Source of the DNA: Callorhinchus milii
Taxonomy: Eukaryota
Length of the DNA stretch: 64,000 nucleotides
Direction of reading: 5' to 3'
Assembly (NCBI RefSeq): GCF_018977255.1
Contig: NW_024704743.1
Span: 20,398,001-20,462,000 of the forward strand
Both the position numbers and the translations under genes were made by a program. The first letter of the stretch is position 1; each line of letters starts with the position of its first letter. This document shows, one piece after another, positions 12,586-30,095 of the stretch. The notes beneath the pieces were generated by a model. It had not been told where the DNA came from and did not search any database. It saw only the letters and a list, made by a program, of their open reading frames with translations.

Positions 12586-12710
12586 AATAAAAAAAAGGGC
12601 AGAGGAAGCAAAGATTTTGTTGCACCACGACTTGTGAATATTTCCAATGGAGTTAACGTTTTGCACACTTTGCCCTCATGTGTGTATAACATTTTTTTTC
12701 CCACAATAAA
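12586..12710 (+). terminator. COMMD3: Candidate COMMD3 polyadenylation signals (AATAAA at 12586 and 12705)
   Basis: Two AATAAA hexamers after the stop codon; the second is followed by a GT-rich tract (ctgtgttatgtgtctctgtgtgtttt). Confidence 0.6.
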
Positions 12711-14209
12711 AATATGCTCACTCTGCTCACCCTGTGTTATGTGTCTCTGTGTGTTTTGGATATCAAAATTGGATGAACGTCGTTAACATGTGTTGCCCAT
12801 TTTCTGGGCAGCACAGGCTGTGTTCGTGTGAAGTGTTATGATTTATTGAAAATACCTTGAACTTTTTCTGACTTCTGCTTCATCACCGGGCTCTCAATTT
12901 TTAAAAGCTAAATCTGAAAAGGGGCTTTCTTAGCGACATCAAAATAGCAACATCAGACTGTGGGTGTCGATTTAAACCGATACCAAGTTGTTTTTAATTG
13001 TTTCAGAATATAATCGCGTGACACCAAGTAAAATCGACTACATATTACAAATAAGATTGGCTTTATCTTGCCATTTTTTTNCAGCCCTCGCCTTCTGCCT
13101 CCGTGTTTTTTTAGAGAGTAACAAATTAACAACAGAACTGATAAACAGCAAGAAAATATACACCAAGGCAACTTTTATTGTGAATATAAATCGCAATTCG
13201 CGGTATTCTGTATCTCTCGCTATGAGCATATTTTCAATATATGCATAAATATATATCTTTCCGAATAAGCACGTTTCCAAAATGCCTGGCAGTGCATCTT
13301 AGTGGAAGGTATATTCGCTTGTTTTGTTTTGTTTGCATTCGCGATAAATCCGGAGAGCGAGTTTCTAAATTCAAAACTGTGCTCAAAAGATCCAGACAGT
13401 TTGACGATCTGAAACTCGGTTGATGTGTGGGTGGGTGTTTGTGTGTTTGAAGTCGGGACCGTTTTAAAAAGTCAAGATCTTAGTTTCTGTGAGCCCGAAA
13501 GAGGGTGAAAAAAATATATGCGCGGGTGTGTGTGTGTGTGTGTGCGTGAAGGGTGGTGGAGGGGTGGGTGGAGAAGGAATAAAAAATAACACGGCAAAAA
13601 TATAGTGGCAAACAAACGATGGTGATAAACCTCCCAAAACGTCGCCCTTAACGATCTTAAATAACCATCGCACGGTTCTGACCTATTCGGGGTCTCTGTG
13701 GTATGTGCAATCGTGTGGTTGACATTATAATTTAGTCGCGGCGTGACATTAAATTGATACATTAAATAACGCCAACCAACGTGTCGGGGAAAGCCAGAGA
13801 GCTTTGCTGGTCGCTCGCGTTGCAGAAGGAGAGGAGGGTGGAGAGGAGAGGAGGGTGGAGAGGAGAGGAGGGTGGGGAGAGATTCTTGCATTACAACTCC
13901 GAAGTAAACAACGCGCGGGGTCGTGTTTCTGTATTATAATTCTTATTATCGCAGTCCTCCGTTTTGCGAGGAGACCACCGAGAGCAAAAAAAAAACAACG
14001 CTCGTTGCATTGCAAACAGGATACATGGAGCTTCCCCCCCCCCCCCCCCTCCTCTCTCTCTCTCTCTCTCCTCTTCTCTCTCTTTCTCTCTCACTCCAAA
14101 AAAAAGCTGTGTGTGATGATATTCGTAAAAAAAAAGGAGGGAGGGAGGGAGGGAAGCTTTGCAAAAGCGGTGGAGTGGGTGGGCTGTGGGTTTGGGAGGG
14201 TTGGGGGTT

Positions 14210-14388
14210 ATCTTGGAGGAGGAGGAGGGGGGGGGGGGAGTGGCTGGGTTAGGGGTTGGGGTTTGGGGTTAGGGGGTGGTGGTGTGTGTGTGTGTGTGTG
14301 TGGGGGGGGAGGGGGTAGAGTGAGGAGGAGGGAAGGGAGGGTGGTGGGTGGTGTGTGTGTGTGTGTGGGGGGGGGGGGGGGTGTGGGT

Positions 14389-14419
<31 letters not shown>

Positions 14420-14430
14420 GTTGTGGGCTG
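14210..14430 (+). repeat. G-rich/(GT)n low-complexity tract with telomere-like units upstream of BMI1
   Basis: Poly-G runs, (GT)n and gggttaggggttggggtttggggttaggggg. Confidence 0.85.
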
Positions 14431-14469
14431 TGATCACACCGACACCAATTCCCAGGCCACCCTTAAGGA

Positions 14470-14560
14470 ATGAGACCACGTGACGGAGCGGGGCGGGCGG
14501 ACTCGAGCCATTTTGGGGACGGTGTCAGTTTCACGGCTCCCATCACTGTGGGGCTGCGTT
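14470..14560 (+). promoter_or_regulatory. BMI1: BMI1 core promoter: E-box CACGTG 14477-14482, GC boxes 14490-14500, YY1-like GCCATTTT 14507-14514
   Basis: Motifs seen directly; cgagccattttgg...ggtgtcagtttc resembles the human BMI1 TSS region as recalled; a MYC E-box is an established feature of mammalian BMI1 promoters. Confidence 0.7.
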
Positions 14561-15194
14561 TTATTTTACGCGCACACACACACACACAGACACGCACACA
14601 CGGACGGACACGCACGCACACGCACACACCATACACATACAAACCCCGTCACACACACACACACACACGCACGCACACAACACACAACACACACACAACA
14701 CACAAAAAAAAACTTCCACCGAGAGAGAGAGAGAGAGAAGGGGTTTGGGGGAGGAATCGGACCATCATCTGCCGCCGCTCCTGAACCAGGTAGATCGGGT
14801 TTAACAAAATGTTGCAACAGTCCGCGCCGGCGTTGCAAGGCTGCGCGCAAAAGGCTGGTTTTAACGAATGCTTTCTCTCTCTCTCTCTCTCCCCTCTCTC
14901 TCTCTCTCTCTAAACTGCAGCCTCTGCTATTGCAATTGACAGCGTCTGCAGTTCATGCAAGATGGCCGCTTGGCTGCGATTCATTTCCCCCCCCCCCCCC
15001 CCACCACCCCCCCCTCCCCACCCCCCTCCTCCCCACCCCCCTGATCTACAACTTTCATTGTTTTCCGCGGGGTGCAGGCGCTTTGCTGAGGGGCTGCCGT
15101 GCCAAGGGCATGCGATCTCCGAGGCTTTGCGACGTGGAAAAGATCTTCCAGGTGCATTTGGGCCGCTCCGGAGGCTGCTTTCGCTGTTTGAAAC
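14504..15194 (+). other. BMI1: Probable non-coding exon 1 (5'UTR) of BMI1; boundaries approximate
   Basis: attgacagcgtctgcag...caagatggccgcttggctgcgattcattt...actttcattg resembles the human BMI1 5'UTR as recalled; candidate donor aaac|gtaacc at 15194/15195 (alternatives at 15071 and 15151). Confidence 0.55.
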
Positions 15195-16194
15195 GTAACC
15201 CCGGTGTTGCTTCTTTTTTTTTTGCACACACACACACACACACACACAGACACACACTCTCTCTCTCTCTCTCTCTCGCTCTCTCGCTCTCTCCGTCTGT
15301 CTCCAGCTCTCTCTTTCACTCCCCCTCCCTCCGTCCATCCCTCTCCCTCTCCCTCCCTCTCAAGGCTGACAGCGGCTCACCCACCCGTCTCCCCCCGTCT
15401 TATTTCCACCCAGTTTCGTTTTACGCACTTCATTTTTACCTTGCAAAAAAAAACTGTTCGGTTCTCAGCCGCGCTTCGCTCTGCAACCTTCCCGATCGTT
15501 CGCATCGAGGCAGCAATATTTATACTTTCGATCGTTGCGAGTCGGGAGGTTTGGGATGCCGCGGATTTTTATTTAGATTTCTTTGAAATCGGAGCGGAGT
15601 GGAAATTTGCAGCTCCGCCGCTGAAATGTTATTAGTCAACCCAGATACTAATGTATATTTTGGCAGCAAGCGAGGGGCCCACTGGAACGATTTTATAGAG
15701 TTGGGATCTATACAGAATAGGGAACCCGCCAGGGTGGTTGTTTGGGCAAAGGAGCGATCCTGATGTATTTTCTGAACTTAACATCTTGCAAGTAACTCAG
15801 GCAGATTCTGACGGTAAACATGGCGGTTGGTCATGGTGTGCCCCCCTTGTAGGAGATGTGCTCGTGGTGCAAAGGCGAACAAACCAGCAATTTCAAAAGC
15901 TTTTGTCATAACTGGTCATCCAAATGTTTCGGAACAGGGATTTCCCTGTGAGTTTGTGGAGGTTTTTTTTGTTCTGGTGTTTGCAGTTTGCAGTCAAAAG
16001 TTTATCAGACTATCAGATTGACAGGAATGATTTTCAGTGGCAGAACACGAGGTTTGTGGGGCTGGTTATGAGAGGCAGGAAAGTCTTTCCCCTCTTCTTG
16101 ATCAGTTAGAATTATTACAGTAGATTCCGAGAACATGTTGGCTCTGTGGACTGTCCCATGTCTGGTGATGGTGAAAGCTGGTGGTTTGAGTGTG

Positions 16195-16292
16195 TGGTGG
16201 TTGGTGTGTGTGCGTTTTCTGTGTGTGTTGGTTGGTGTGTGTGTTTTCTGTGTGTGTTGGCTGGTGTGTGTGTTTTCTGTGTGTATGTGTGT
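16195..16292 (+). repeat. Minisatellite, about 3 copies of a ~29-31 bp unit (tggtgtgtgtgttttctgtgtgtgttggy)
   Basis: Direct tandem repeat visible in BMI1 intron 1. Confidence 0.8.
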
Positions 16293-19066
16293 GTCGGGAG
16301 GGTTTTTTTTATACAAGCTGGATATGTTGTTGCACTCTTCATGTGTGTGACTACCAAATGTACTTTGTGTAATGGAACCTCTGGTGGCCTTGACAGGAGC
16401 TTAACGGTTCATTTTGGGGGGTTGAACATAAGCAAGCAGGAATAGAGATTTAAAAAAAAAGCAAGACTATGCGAGACCTACCAGAAAAGGGAATACTATA
16501 TTTTCTATAAGTGCCCCACTGCCCTACATTTGGTTACGTTTCAGTTTTGGGGGTTGGCAAATTATATTTGCTGCTATGAAAATAGAAATTGCCACCACAT
16601 GCTCAGGAAGACAGTGGACACGCAAAAGAGAAAAAAATAGGTTAACTTTGCGGGTGCGACCCTAAACCCCAGAACATTCCTCACCATGATTTCTCTTGTG
16701 ATGTCGCTGTGAAGCGTATATCCAGAGAGCAAAACGATTTCAGATGAGAGCAGATAAGTCGGCTAAGTTGACAGCCTGATTTCTCGCCTCCCCTCAATCA
16801 CATTGGTGTACAACAAATTCCTGTCACTAGTCCCAATTACTTTATAATCTTTCCAAAGTGGCCCTGACCTCAGTACAGTTAGGTACTCGGAATCTACTCA
16901 CCCTAAACCCAATCGACAGTCCACACTACATTTAGCTCATGCCTCGCCTTGTGTTCTGGGGGTTTAGGATACGTGCAACGTGCAGAAGATGTGCTTTTCA
17001 ATATGATTCATGAAACAGTAGAGATTTACCTTTTTGTGTGTGTGTGTGTGTGTGTGGTTTAGCGTCATTACAACAACACGGCCACACTATGACGGAGAGA
17101 TGTAAATAGAGTGGTTGTGTGCATGTGTGGGTGTTGACGGGTGTAATCTCTTGTAGATTCATTGTATGTGTGTGCGGGGAATCACCCCACACATTGGACA
17201 GCTTACAATCGTTTCTGGGAACCACTTTTTTTTTAATCAAAATGCCCCTTTTTTTGTGTGTTTGTCAACGCTGCGGTTCTCTTTTGGATAATCCAGACTC
17301 CTTTTTGAGTCGGTTTCTTGTGTCTTAGAGACGATTTTCCGAGTGCACACGTCAAACCGTGTACCCTGCACACTGTCATCTGTGTTTGATCCAAGTATTT
17401 TTTTTCTCACTCCCCCCCCCTCCCCCCCCCCCCCACACACACACATTGAAACATGGATTTCTTTGTTGCTGCGGGATGATGTGGGATAAATTGCTATAAA
17501 GACTAATTGCCTACCGTGCCGATAATAAAGAACATCGGGCTCCAACAACAAATCAGATACACAAAAGTTTAACAGCTGAAATGAATTATCGACCACAAAT
17601 GGAAGCCCACGGGTACCTGAAATAAAACACGTGTGTTTACATTGGGGGCATATACAGTAAGGCTATCTGCCGCGGTTATCGATAATCTATCGATCAGTTT
17701 AAACCCCCCACTCGGTCTGTTGATCTGCCCTCCATAAGGGACGGGCGATCACGAGTCTGGTGGGAGAGGGGCGAAGCGTTGCGAAACACGTGGTTGATTT
17801 TTATTTCATTTTTTTTTCCCTCCTCCTTTCGCTGAACGGCCGCATTGTACTGAATGGTGTTAACTGCGCCGCTGGTGTGGACTGCACACTACAAGTGGAT
17901 AACTGTCTCGTGGTTTCTGTTGCCTCCCCGCTAAATCAGAAAAAAAACAAAATAGTTTTTTTTACACACACGCACACACGCGCGCACACACACGATTTGA
18001 GTGCGTGAGCGAGTGAGTCAAGTCTGAGCTCTCCATCAAACTACAGTAAATAAACGGGGAGTGAGAGAGAGAGAGAGAGAGTGAGTGAGTGAGTTAGAGA
18101 GAGAGAGAGAGAGAATGTGTATTGGGTTGTGTCAGTGGACTGAATGACTGACTGCCTGAAGGGTTGTGGGTTGTCACTGGATCTCCACTCATTTCAGTAA
18201 ATCGTTTGTTTGCGTTTCAACGCAAGTTTGATGCAAACATAATCTATGTTGATTGTTCCCTGGTCCCATGTTATGGTTTGATTACTTACTGCCAAACGTC
18301 GCGCGTCGGCGCTGTAGGTGAAATCTACTAACTCTAAACCCAATCTACATGAGATGTAATGAATTGTATTGTTTGTCGAAAAGCTTACCCACCCTGGAGA
18401 GGTAGCGTTGCAGTGAATTTTCATGCGCTCTGGTGTTCATTTGCGCCGCCTTGGTCTGAATTACAGTACAGCGCGTCATATGCTTATCTGCAGGTTGTCA
18501 GTTTCTTGTTGATTTCTTTCTGAAGCAGAAGCCAACTGTTCCCTCCTTTTTTTTTCTCAACATCCCCCCCCCCCCCACCACCCCACCCCTCCCCCCACAC
18601 CCAAAAAAAAAATCCAGCGGGCAAGATACTGCAAGTTTAATGAAACATTGCATCTATGTTAATTCATGTTTTCTGATCACTTTATTAATTAATTATTAAT
18701 CAATAGGCGTGCTCTATCAAAGTGACCCTGGGTTGTGGACCCGCAGCTCCATTAAGCTGCTCTGGGAAGGAGAGAGACAGGCGTTTTGCAGAAGAAAATT
18801 GTGTGATCACAAAAGCCGCTACTTAAAGCTAGTGTCGACGTGGAAACTATCTCAAGGAGAGCCAAAAAAACGATGATGTGCGCTGTGTTAGGGCTCGTTT
18901 GAAATGGCGGTGAGATTTGCATGTTTAGATTGCTCACATAGTCCTCTGATCGTGATTGCCATGTAGGTTTTCAGTTTGTGATATTCTCACATGACCGCTG
19001 TGTGGTTCCCCCCGCAGAAGCTCGCTCTATTTTCGGTCCTTTGGCAAAATGCCAAGTGTAACCCAA

Positions 19067-19080
19067 GTTGCTATAGTAAC
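19067..19080. promoter_or_regulatory. RFX X-box GTTGCTATAGTAAC in BMI1 intron 1
   Basis: 14-bp near-palindrome fitting the X-box pattern GTTRCY-N-RGYAAC. Confidence 0.5.
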
Positions 19081-20441
19081 TGCAAGAATTGCCGAGTATG
19101 GGCACCAGCAGACGTCAATTTGCCTTTTTGATCATTAAAAAATGGTCTGCGTGTATGGCATTTGGCCCTATTTATTCTGCAACTTGGAACAAACGTGTCA
19201 GTTTGGTGGTCAGAACCCTATTACTGATGCAGCAGCTCGATGTTTGATTAAAATATTTCCATCGAACATGTAATTGCCGGAAATGGCTTTATGGAACACA
19301 ATTCTTCCTGTTTCGCTTTAACGCGGGGGTATAAGATTCGCTGCTTCTTAATGTCAAAGCAGAAAAGACCTGCGTGTGAGCTCAACCCCAGTCTCGCCGA
19401 TCCCTGTAACACGACAAATCCTGTTGCAATAAAAATAGTCGCTTTGTCTAGTGGCGATTTCTCATCGATCCCGGCGGGACTCGAAACGGCGTAAATATGA
19501 TCCCAAAGGCATGTCGGTTTCACCGAGGGAACCGTGTGTGTGTGTGTGTGTGTGTGGTGTGTGTGTGTGTGTGTGTGTTGTGGTTCAACTGCCTTGTATT
19601 TGGACGTAAAGCCCAGCAAAGGCGGGTTTGTTATGTTTAAACATAAAGGAAACAAAGACAGCCGAGAGAGGCATCGCCAGTGCCACACAACATTCATCGT
19701 CACACTAACCTGCATGCGGTCGGTGTATGGTTTTTATCTTTTGCAATTAATAACCGCAAACGTCAAAATAAAGGTGGTGTGTGTGTGTGAGTGTGTGAGT
19801 GTGTGTGTGTGTGTGAGTGTGTCAGACCTGCCTGCAAAGTCTAGCTTTTGTTATCGCAACGTTTCAGCCTGCGTTTAAATGGATTCGAGGCATTCGGGAT
19901 TAATTGGGCGCGATTTGGCACATTTTATATATATATATATGTGTGTGTGTGTGTTTTTTCCTTAAGAAGCAACTCTTCACTCACACGACCGGTGCTCCCC
20001 ACTTTTCTCAGTGTTCCCTGCAAAGCGATCCCGACTGTTTTTGGACCCCAGTGTTTTTTTTTTAAAAAAAAACAATGCAATCTCACGCTGTCGTTTTCTG
20101 CTCAAGAGAAAGCCAAAATAGGAGACTATTGATTCCCCGGTGTTAGTTTGAGAAGATGTCACGCTGTCGTGCTGCTGTTCGCTGATTGAATTTGACGAAT
20201 GTTCCGAGATGGCCACACTCTTGTCGAACACCACGGTTTGTTTTTTTTTTGCTCACCAGCCACTTGTGCAATAACTTGCCATTTTAACCCACCGTTTGCT
20301 GTCCAAAACAGTTTTGTGGCTGAGCTCAGCGGCTTGTGCCCGACGACGACGACGACGACGCACCCATTCGCGTTGCTTGCAGTAAACACGCCAGTGAACT
20401 TGCTCAACCCGGGGGGGGGGAGAAGGTGTCCATCGCAGTAA

Positions 20442-25597
<5,156 letters not shown>

Positions 25598-28500
25598 CTG
25601 CTTCTCAAACAGATGGTGCAACGCATATATACAAAGACCTATTCGTGCCATGCGATAATATATAGAGATAGAAAATGCTTAGCATTATGACCATCGTTGA
25701 CATCACTATTTTGGACATTTGGTTGGAAGTCAGAAACTTTTATGTGGCTTTACTACAAACGGTTTCAACAAGAAATTTTACTCCCATCGGACATTTTTCT
25801 GATTTCTAGGAATACAATTTAACAAAGGATGTATATGAGTGGAATGTGTATTGCAGGGATTTGAGGATATTTTCATCTATCAGCATTGGATTTTTATGGC
25901 CAATTGACTGGGAAGGATACCGTATTCACAGGATGGAAAATGAAGGAAGGAATGCTGGGTGATATTGTAAAGATGTAAAACATTGGAAGATATTTTGTAA
26001 AACTGTGTTTAATCGAATTGAAGTTTACTATATCTGTATATCAACATACTTTTAATTTGACAAGTAATAGACGTTGTGATATTGGCTGTACAGATTGAAT
26101 ATAAAGGCTGAGCGATTTTTCACAACAAAACTCACCAAAAAGGAATTTAAAAGAAATGGAAATTAGAAAGATGTATTCTTTGTAGCCATTTCACTGTGAA
26201 AACTGATTTATAGTAGATGTTGCCATCTTTATTTGCTAAATGTTTTCTGGCATCATTAGTTTACCTACCATAAAAACAGTACAGATTTCATCAAGTGGAA
26301 ATAAAATTGTTTTATTGATTTATAACTTTAAACTTAAAGTGGATATGAAGTATTTCAGTTGCTTGTAGAACTATATAATTTTCTAAAACATAGCAAGCCA
26401 GTTGATTAGCTTTCTAGGAGCTTAATCTTAGAAATGCTAACAGAACTTCAATGTTAACAGAAACTCAAATGTGCAGTATTTAAGCATGTACGGTATACAT
26501 TCAAGATAGTCAGTGTAAGCCATACATGTTCAACCATATATTTAATAGACATACAACCTGAGAATTCAAGTAATTATTTATGCCTTTACACTACTACAGA
26601 GAAATAATGGGATATAATGTACAGTGATTTCTAATTCAATACCTTAATGAGGAAACCAGATATATGCTGATCAATGCATTCCACTTTTGTAATAGAGTTG
26701 GTGTGACATGTTTCTGTTTACTGGAAAGAATCCCCACTTAGATTCCTTATGAAGGAATGCATTAAAAAACACTGCACATTAAGACACCATTATACAGCAA
26801 ATAGCCAGTATATGATGTTCTACCTGATTATGTGATTTCTAATTACATTGTTTACATTAATGTTTTCATTTAAATTGAATACCCAACTTGTTTAATTGTT
26901 AACATGTTCAAGGTACTTAAATTATATTTCCAAAATTATTGTTGCTCCTCCAGTTCACAATGGATTTTCCACTGAGTATATTATGGGTTGAATTTCAGTC
27001 TTGCTCCTGGTATTGTCTAAATCCATGCCATAATAAAGTGGAACAATTCATTTGAAAAGAGAGGTAAATTTAAATATTGGTTATAATGGTATGAATTAGG
27101 CTTTTTACTTTTGGGATTTACTAAGACACTCACTAGTTGTCATGGTTCTTTTTAAAAAACAAAAATCCAGCATCTCAAAGGGAATACTGTAAAAACTAAA
27201 TTAGCAACAATGACTTCATATTATAGACATTATAGCACTTAATGGTTAAATGGCAGCCAATGAACTGTCTCAGTACGACCATCACAGAGTAGATAATCCT
27301 AAAACCATAAGTAACATGACAGTGCCTTAGGTACTCTATTAAAAGGTACTTCTGTCAGACCAGCAACTGTAATGCAGAATTATCACTTGTCTAGAGTCAC
27401 AGTACAAATTGGACGTATGAATTTAAACAAGATGCAACATTTTCTTGTAGAAAATTCATCTTGTTATACGTGTTTCTGTCATGGTGTAAACATGAATCAC
27501 TGAGAGGTGTGTATAATACACGTGTCTCGTATGTTGCACAATGAAAGCTCTAATATCCGTTTTCATATTCGTATGTTGCCAGTTGCAGAAATTCATATTT
27601 AGAGCCATAACAATTTACTTTTTAATGGTTTTCCGGGGACAGTACTTGGTAACTTTAAACTGTACATAGAAATAGATTTGAGAATATACCAGAATCTTTG
27701 ATGGTATAAAATGTTGTAGAAACTGTTTTGCGTGGTGTTTAAAGTAATTAGATTATACGCTTGTTTGCCTACCTGTATCTACCCCGCAAAACAATGACCA
27801 TTGTGTCACTTAGCCCTACCTTATCATTGTCAGTCAAAAAATGCTTGCTAGAGGAGCTTTTTTTTAAAAAAATAATAAATCTCCTTTATGATAGTCAAAT
27901 CTTGTATGTAGAAAGATAAGGTAATAATCAAACCGTACATTGGCAATATTCTACTGAATGATACTTGCAGGAAAAACTGCAAGTAAGTACACAACTTTTT
28001 GCTGACAGGTTGGAAAAGAAGCACAATCCACCAGAAAATAACTCATGCTTTAAATTTTTTTATATAGTCAATTAAAGTTGATAACTTCTGTGTATAACAG
28101 TAGTATTTACTTTATGATTCCTGTTTATTCCACATGTATCAGTGTTTTAAGAGCCACGTTCAAAGGCCACTTGTATGTTTTAATAGGAAAAACGAGTTTA
28201 AAATGTAGCAATTTTGTTATTTTACACACAAAATCCTTGGCCTGAAGACAGGTTAAACCATCTTGTCGGGTTGAGAATACCCATTTAAAAACTTTTTATT
28301 TAATTAATTGCTTTGCAGATTTGAGGTTATATTAAACATTTGATCACACAGCGAGAACATTGGTTTATTCCTATATATTTTTAATTGAATTAATAATATT
28401 GTGCAGTCATATATCAGTTGCATACACGAGATTTCATCAGATTGAATATAGCCTTATACATACCACTTTGGTTTTGAATCTGTGAAAAAGGAAAAGTAAA

Positions 28501-28935
28501 GAAAGCATATATATTCTCCCTTAAAACACATATGCACATTGTAATCTAAGGGAAATAGATCTATAGAATAACCATAATGTTTATACTTTGAAAAAGCTAT
28601 ATGGAGCCTTCTATTGTAATTTTAAAATGTCATTTTTTGTTACTCTGAAGCCATCATCTTATATAAATTCATTTTTTTCTCCTACAAATGAATCCTATAA
28701 TACACAATTAGGAACTGGTTTAGTGCCACTGTAGTTATGCTAACTAACTTTTGTATTAATCTTTATGAACTGATCAAAATAATCAGTAGATGTTTCAAGT
28801 AAAGGAAACAAACACATTGTTTGTTGATACTCTAGATTCTGGAAGAGGTACTTCCAGTAAATACATCCGGAAGAGAACCAAGTAAAGCCGTTTTAAACTT
28901 TCCTCCTTGTAAATAAATGTGTTTGTCGGCCGGTC
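25598..28935 (+). other. BMI1: BMI1 3'UTR (AT-rich, no evident TE), candidate poly(A) signals at 26300, 27032, 27874 and 28912
   Basis: AATAAA hexamers seen; the distal one is preceded by TGTA and followed by a GT-rich sequence; the end coordinate is inferred. Confidence 0.55.
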
Positions 28936-29849
28936 TCTATTTGCATTCCCTTAAACTGAGCTATGGAATAGTTTGTGACATGCAGCATTTATGAAACTAA
29001 AAGCTCTTATTAATCAATAACCAAATCTGCTTCGTAAAGATTATAGTTGGAAATCAGCTAGTTGATGTAGTGAGTAAGCATGTTCTGAATTCATTACAGT
29101 GCTGTTTTTTTAAAACTAATCAACTATTAAATCGACGGTAGGTAAACTATTTTAGATGGAGAATATCAATCAAGCCTGAGTATCTTAGTTGTTTTGGTTT
29201 GAACATGTAACCCTTGCATATAATCTGTTCTGCATAATTTTATCAATACTTCATGCATTGTTCTTTCACTTGCAACCCCAAATCCTGTTCATCTTTACAA
29301 TTTTAAAGAGAGCAACACATTTGTCTTATGTTATTTAGCTCTAGGTAACCCCTATTAATGGTAATCTTTTATTGTGCCTTTCACATGGGCGACAGAAAAA
29401 CCTGGAAACAAAAATAACGCAGTCGAAAGATGAAGGGATTCATTTCCCGAAAGTAGAATCAGTCTCTGCGCTAATTGCGAAATTCGATAATAACATTATA
29501 GATAAAGCAAGAGCTGAAACAAATGAGGATTGTTTTGTCCTTCTGTTTTGTTGCCAAGAATGCTTTGTCACATTGTATTCTGCTTCAAATATGATATGTT
29601 GGTAGTGGGTATGAACCTCACCTTTGAAAATGAAAAGTTTAAACACGTTTATGTTTGTATTGCTCCAGTTAGTAACACAGAAGAAACATTTTTCATGTAT
29701 TCGAGCAACAAATGTTCGGTTGAAAGGGAGTTGTGCACAGCAAGTTAACAGTTGTCAGCGCTCGTTCTTTACACTCTGTGGCTCTAGTTGAAACCAACAC
29801 ACTGAGCAATCCTGATCCATATGAATTGTTCATGTTAATAAAAAAAATT

Positions 29850-30095
29850 CTGACATCAAGGGGACACAAGTGAATTTGGATACAAATGAATAAATCAGGA
29901 GTAAGAAAAAAAAGTCAGAGGGAACATTTATAGTTGGTGGAATAAGTTACCAGGAAGGCCGTTGAATCAGACAATATAAATGGGTTCAAATGACAGCTAG
30001 AGTTTTGGGAATGGGTTTGGGACTTTGAGGTTGAGAAGTATCAGGACGGGGTGGATTTGTTGGGCCCAATGCCTTTACCTGAACTAAAAGTTCTT
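29850..30095 (+). mobile_element. Degenerate CR1 3' end
   Basis: aaggggacacaagt...tggtggaataagttaccaggaagg...ttcaaatgacagctaga resembles the CR1 ORF2 terminus (TRGH...WN.LP). Confidence 0.5.

Noticed and set aside
13804-15635. Overlapping ORFs up to 368 aa (for example 14480-15586)
   Set aside because: Translations of microsatellites and GC-rich promoter/5'UTR sequence (HTHT, LSLS, poly-P, poly-G) with no domain similarity
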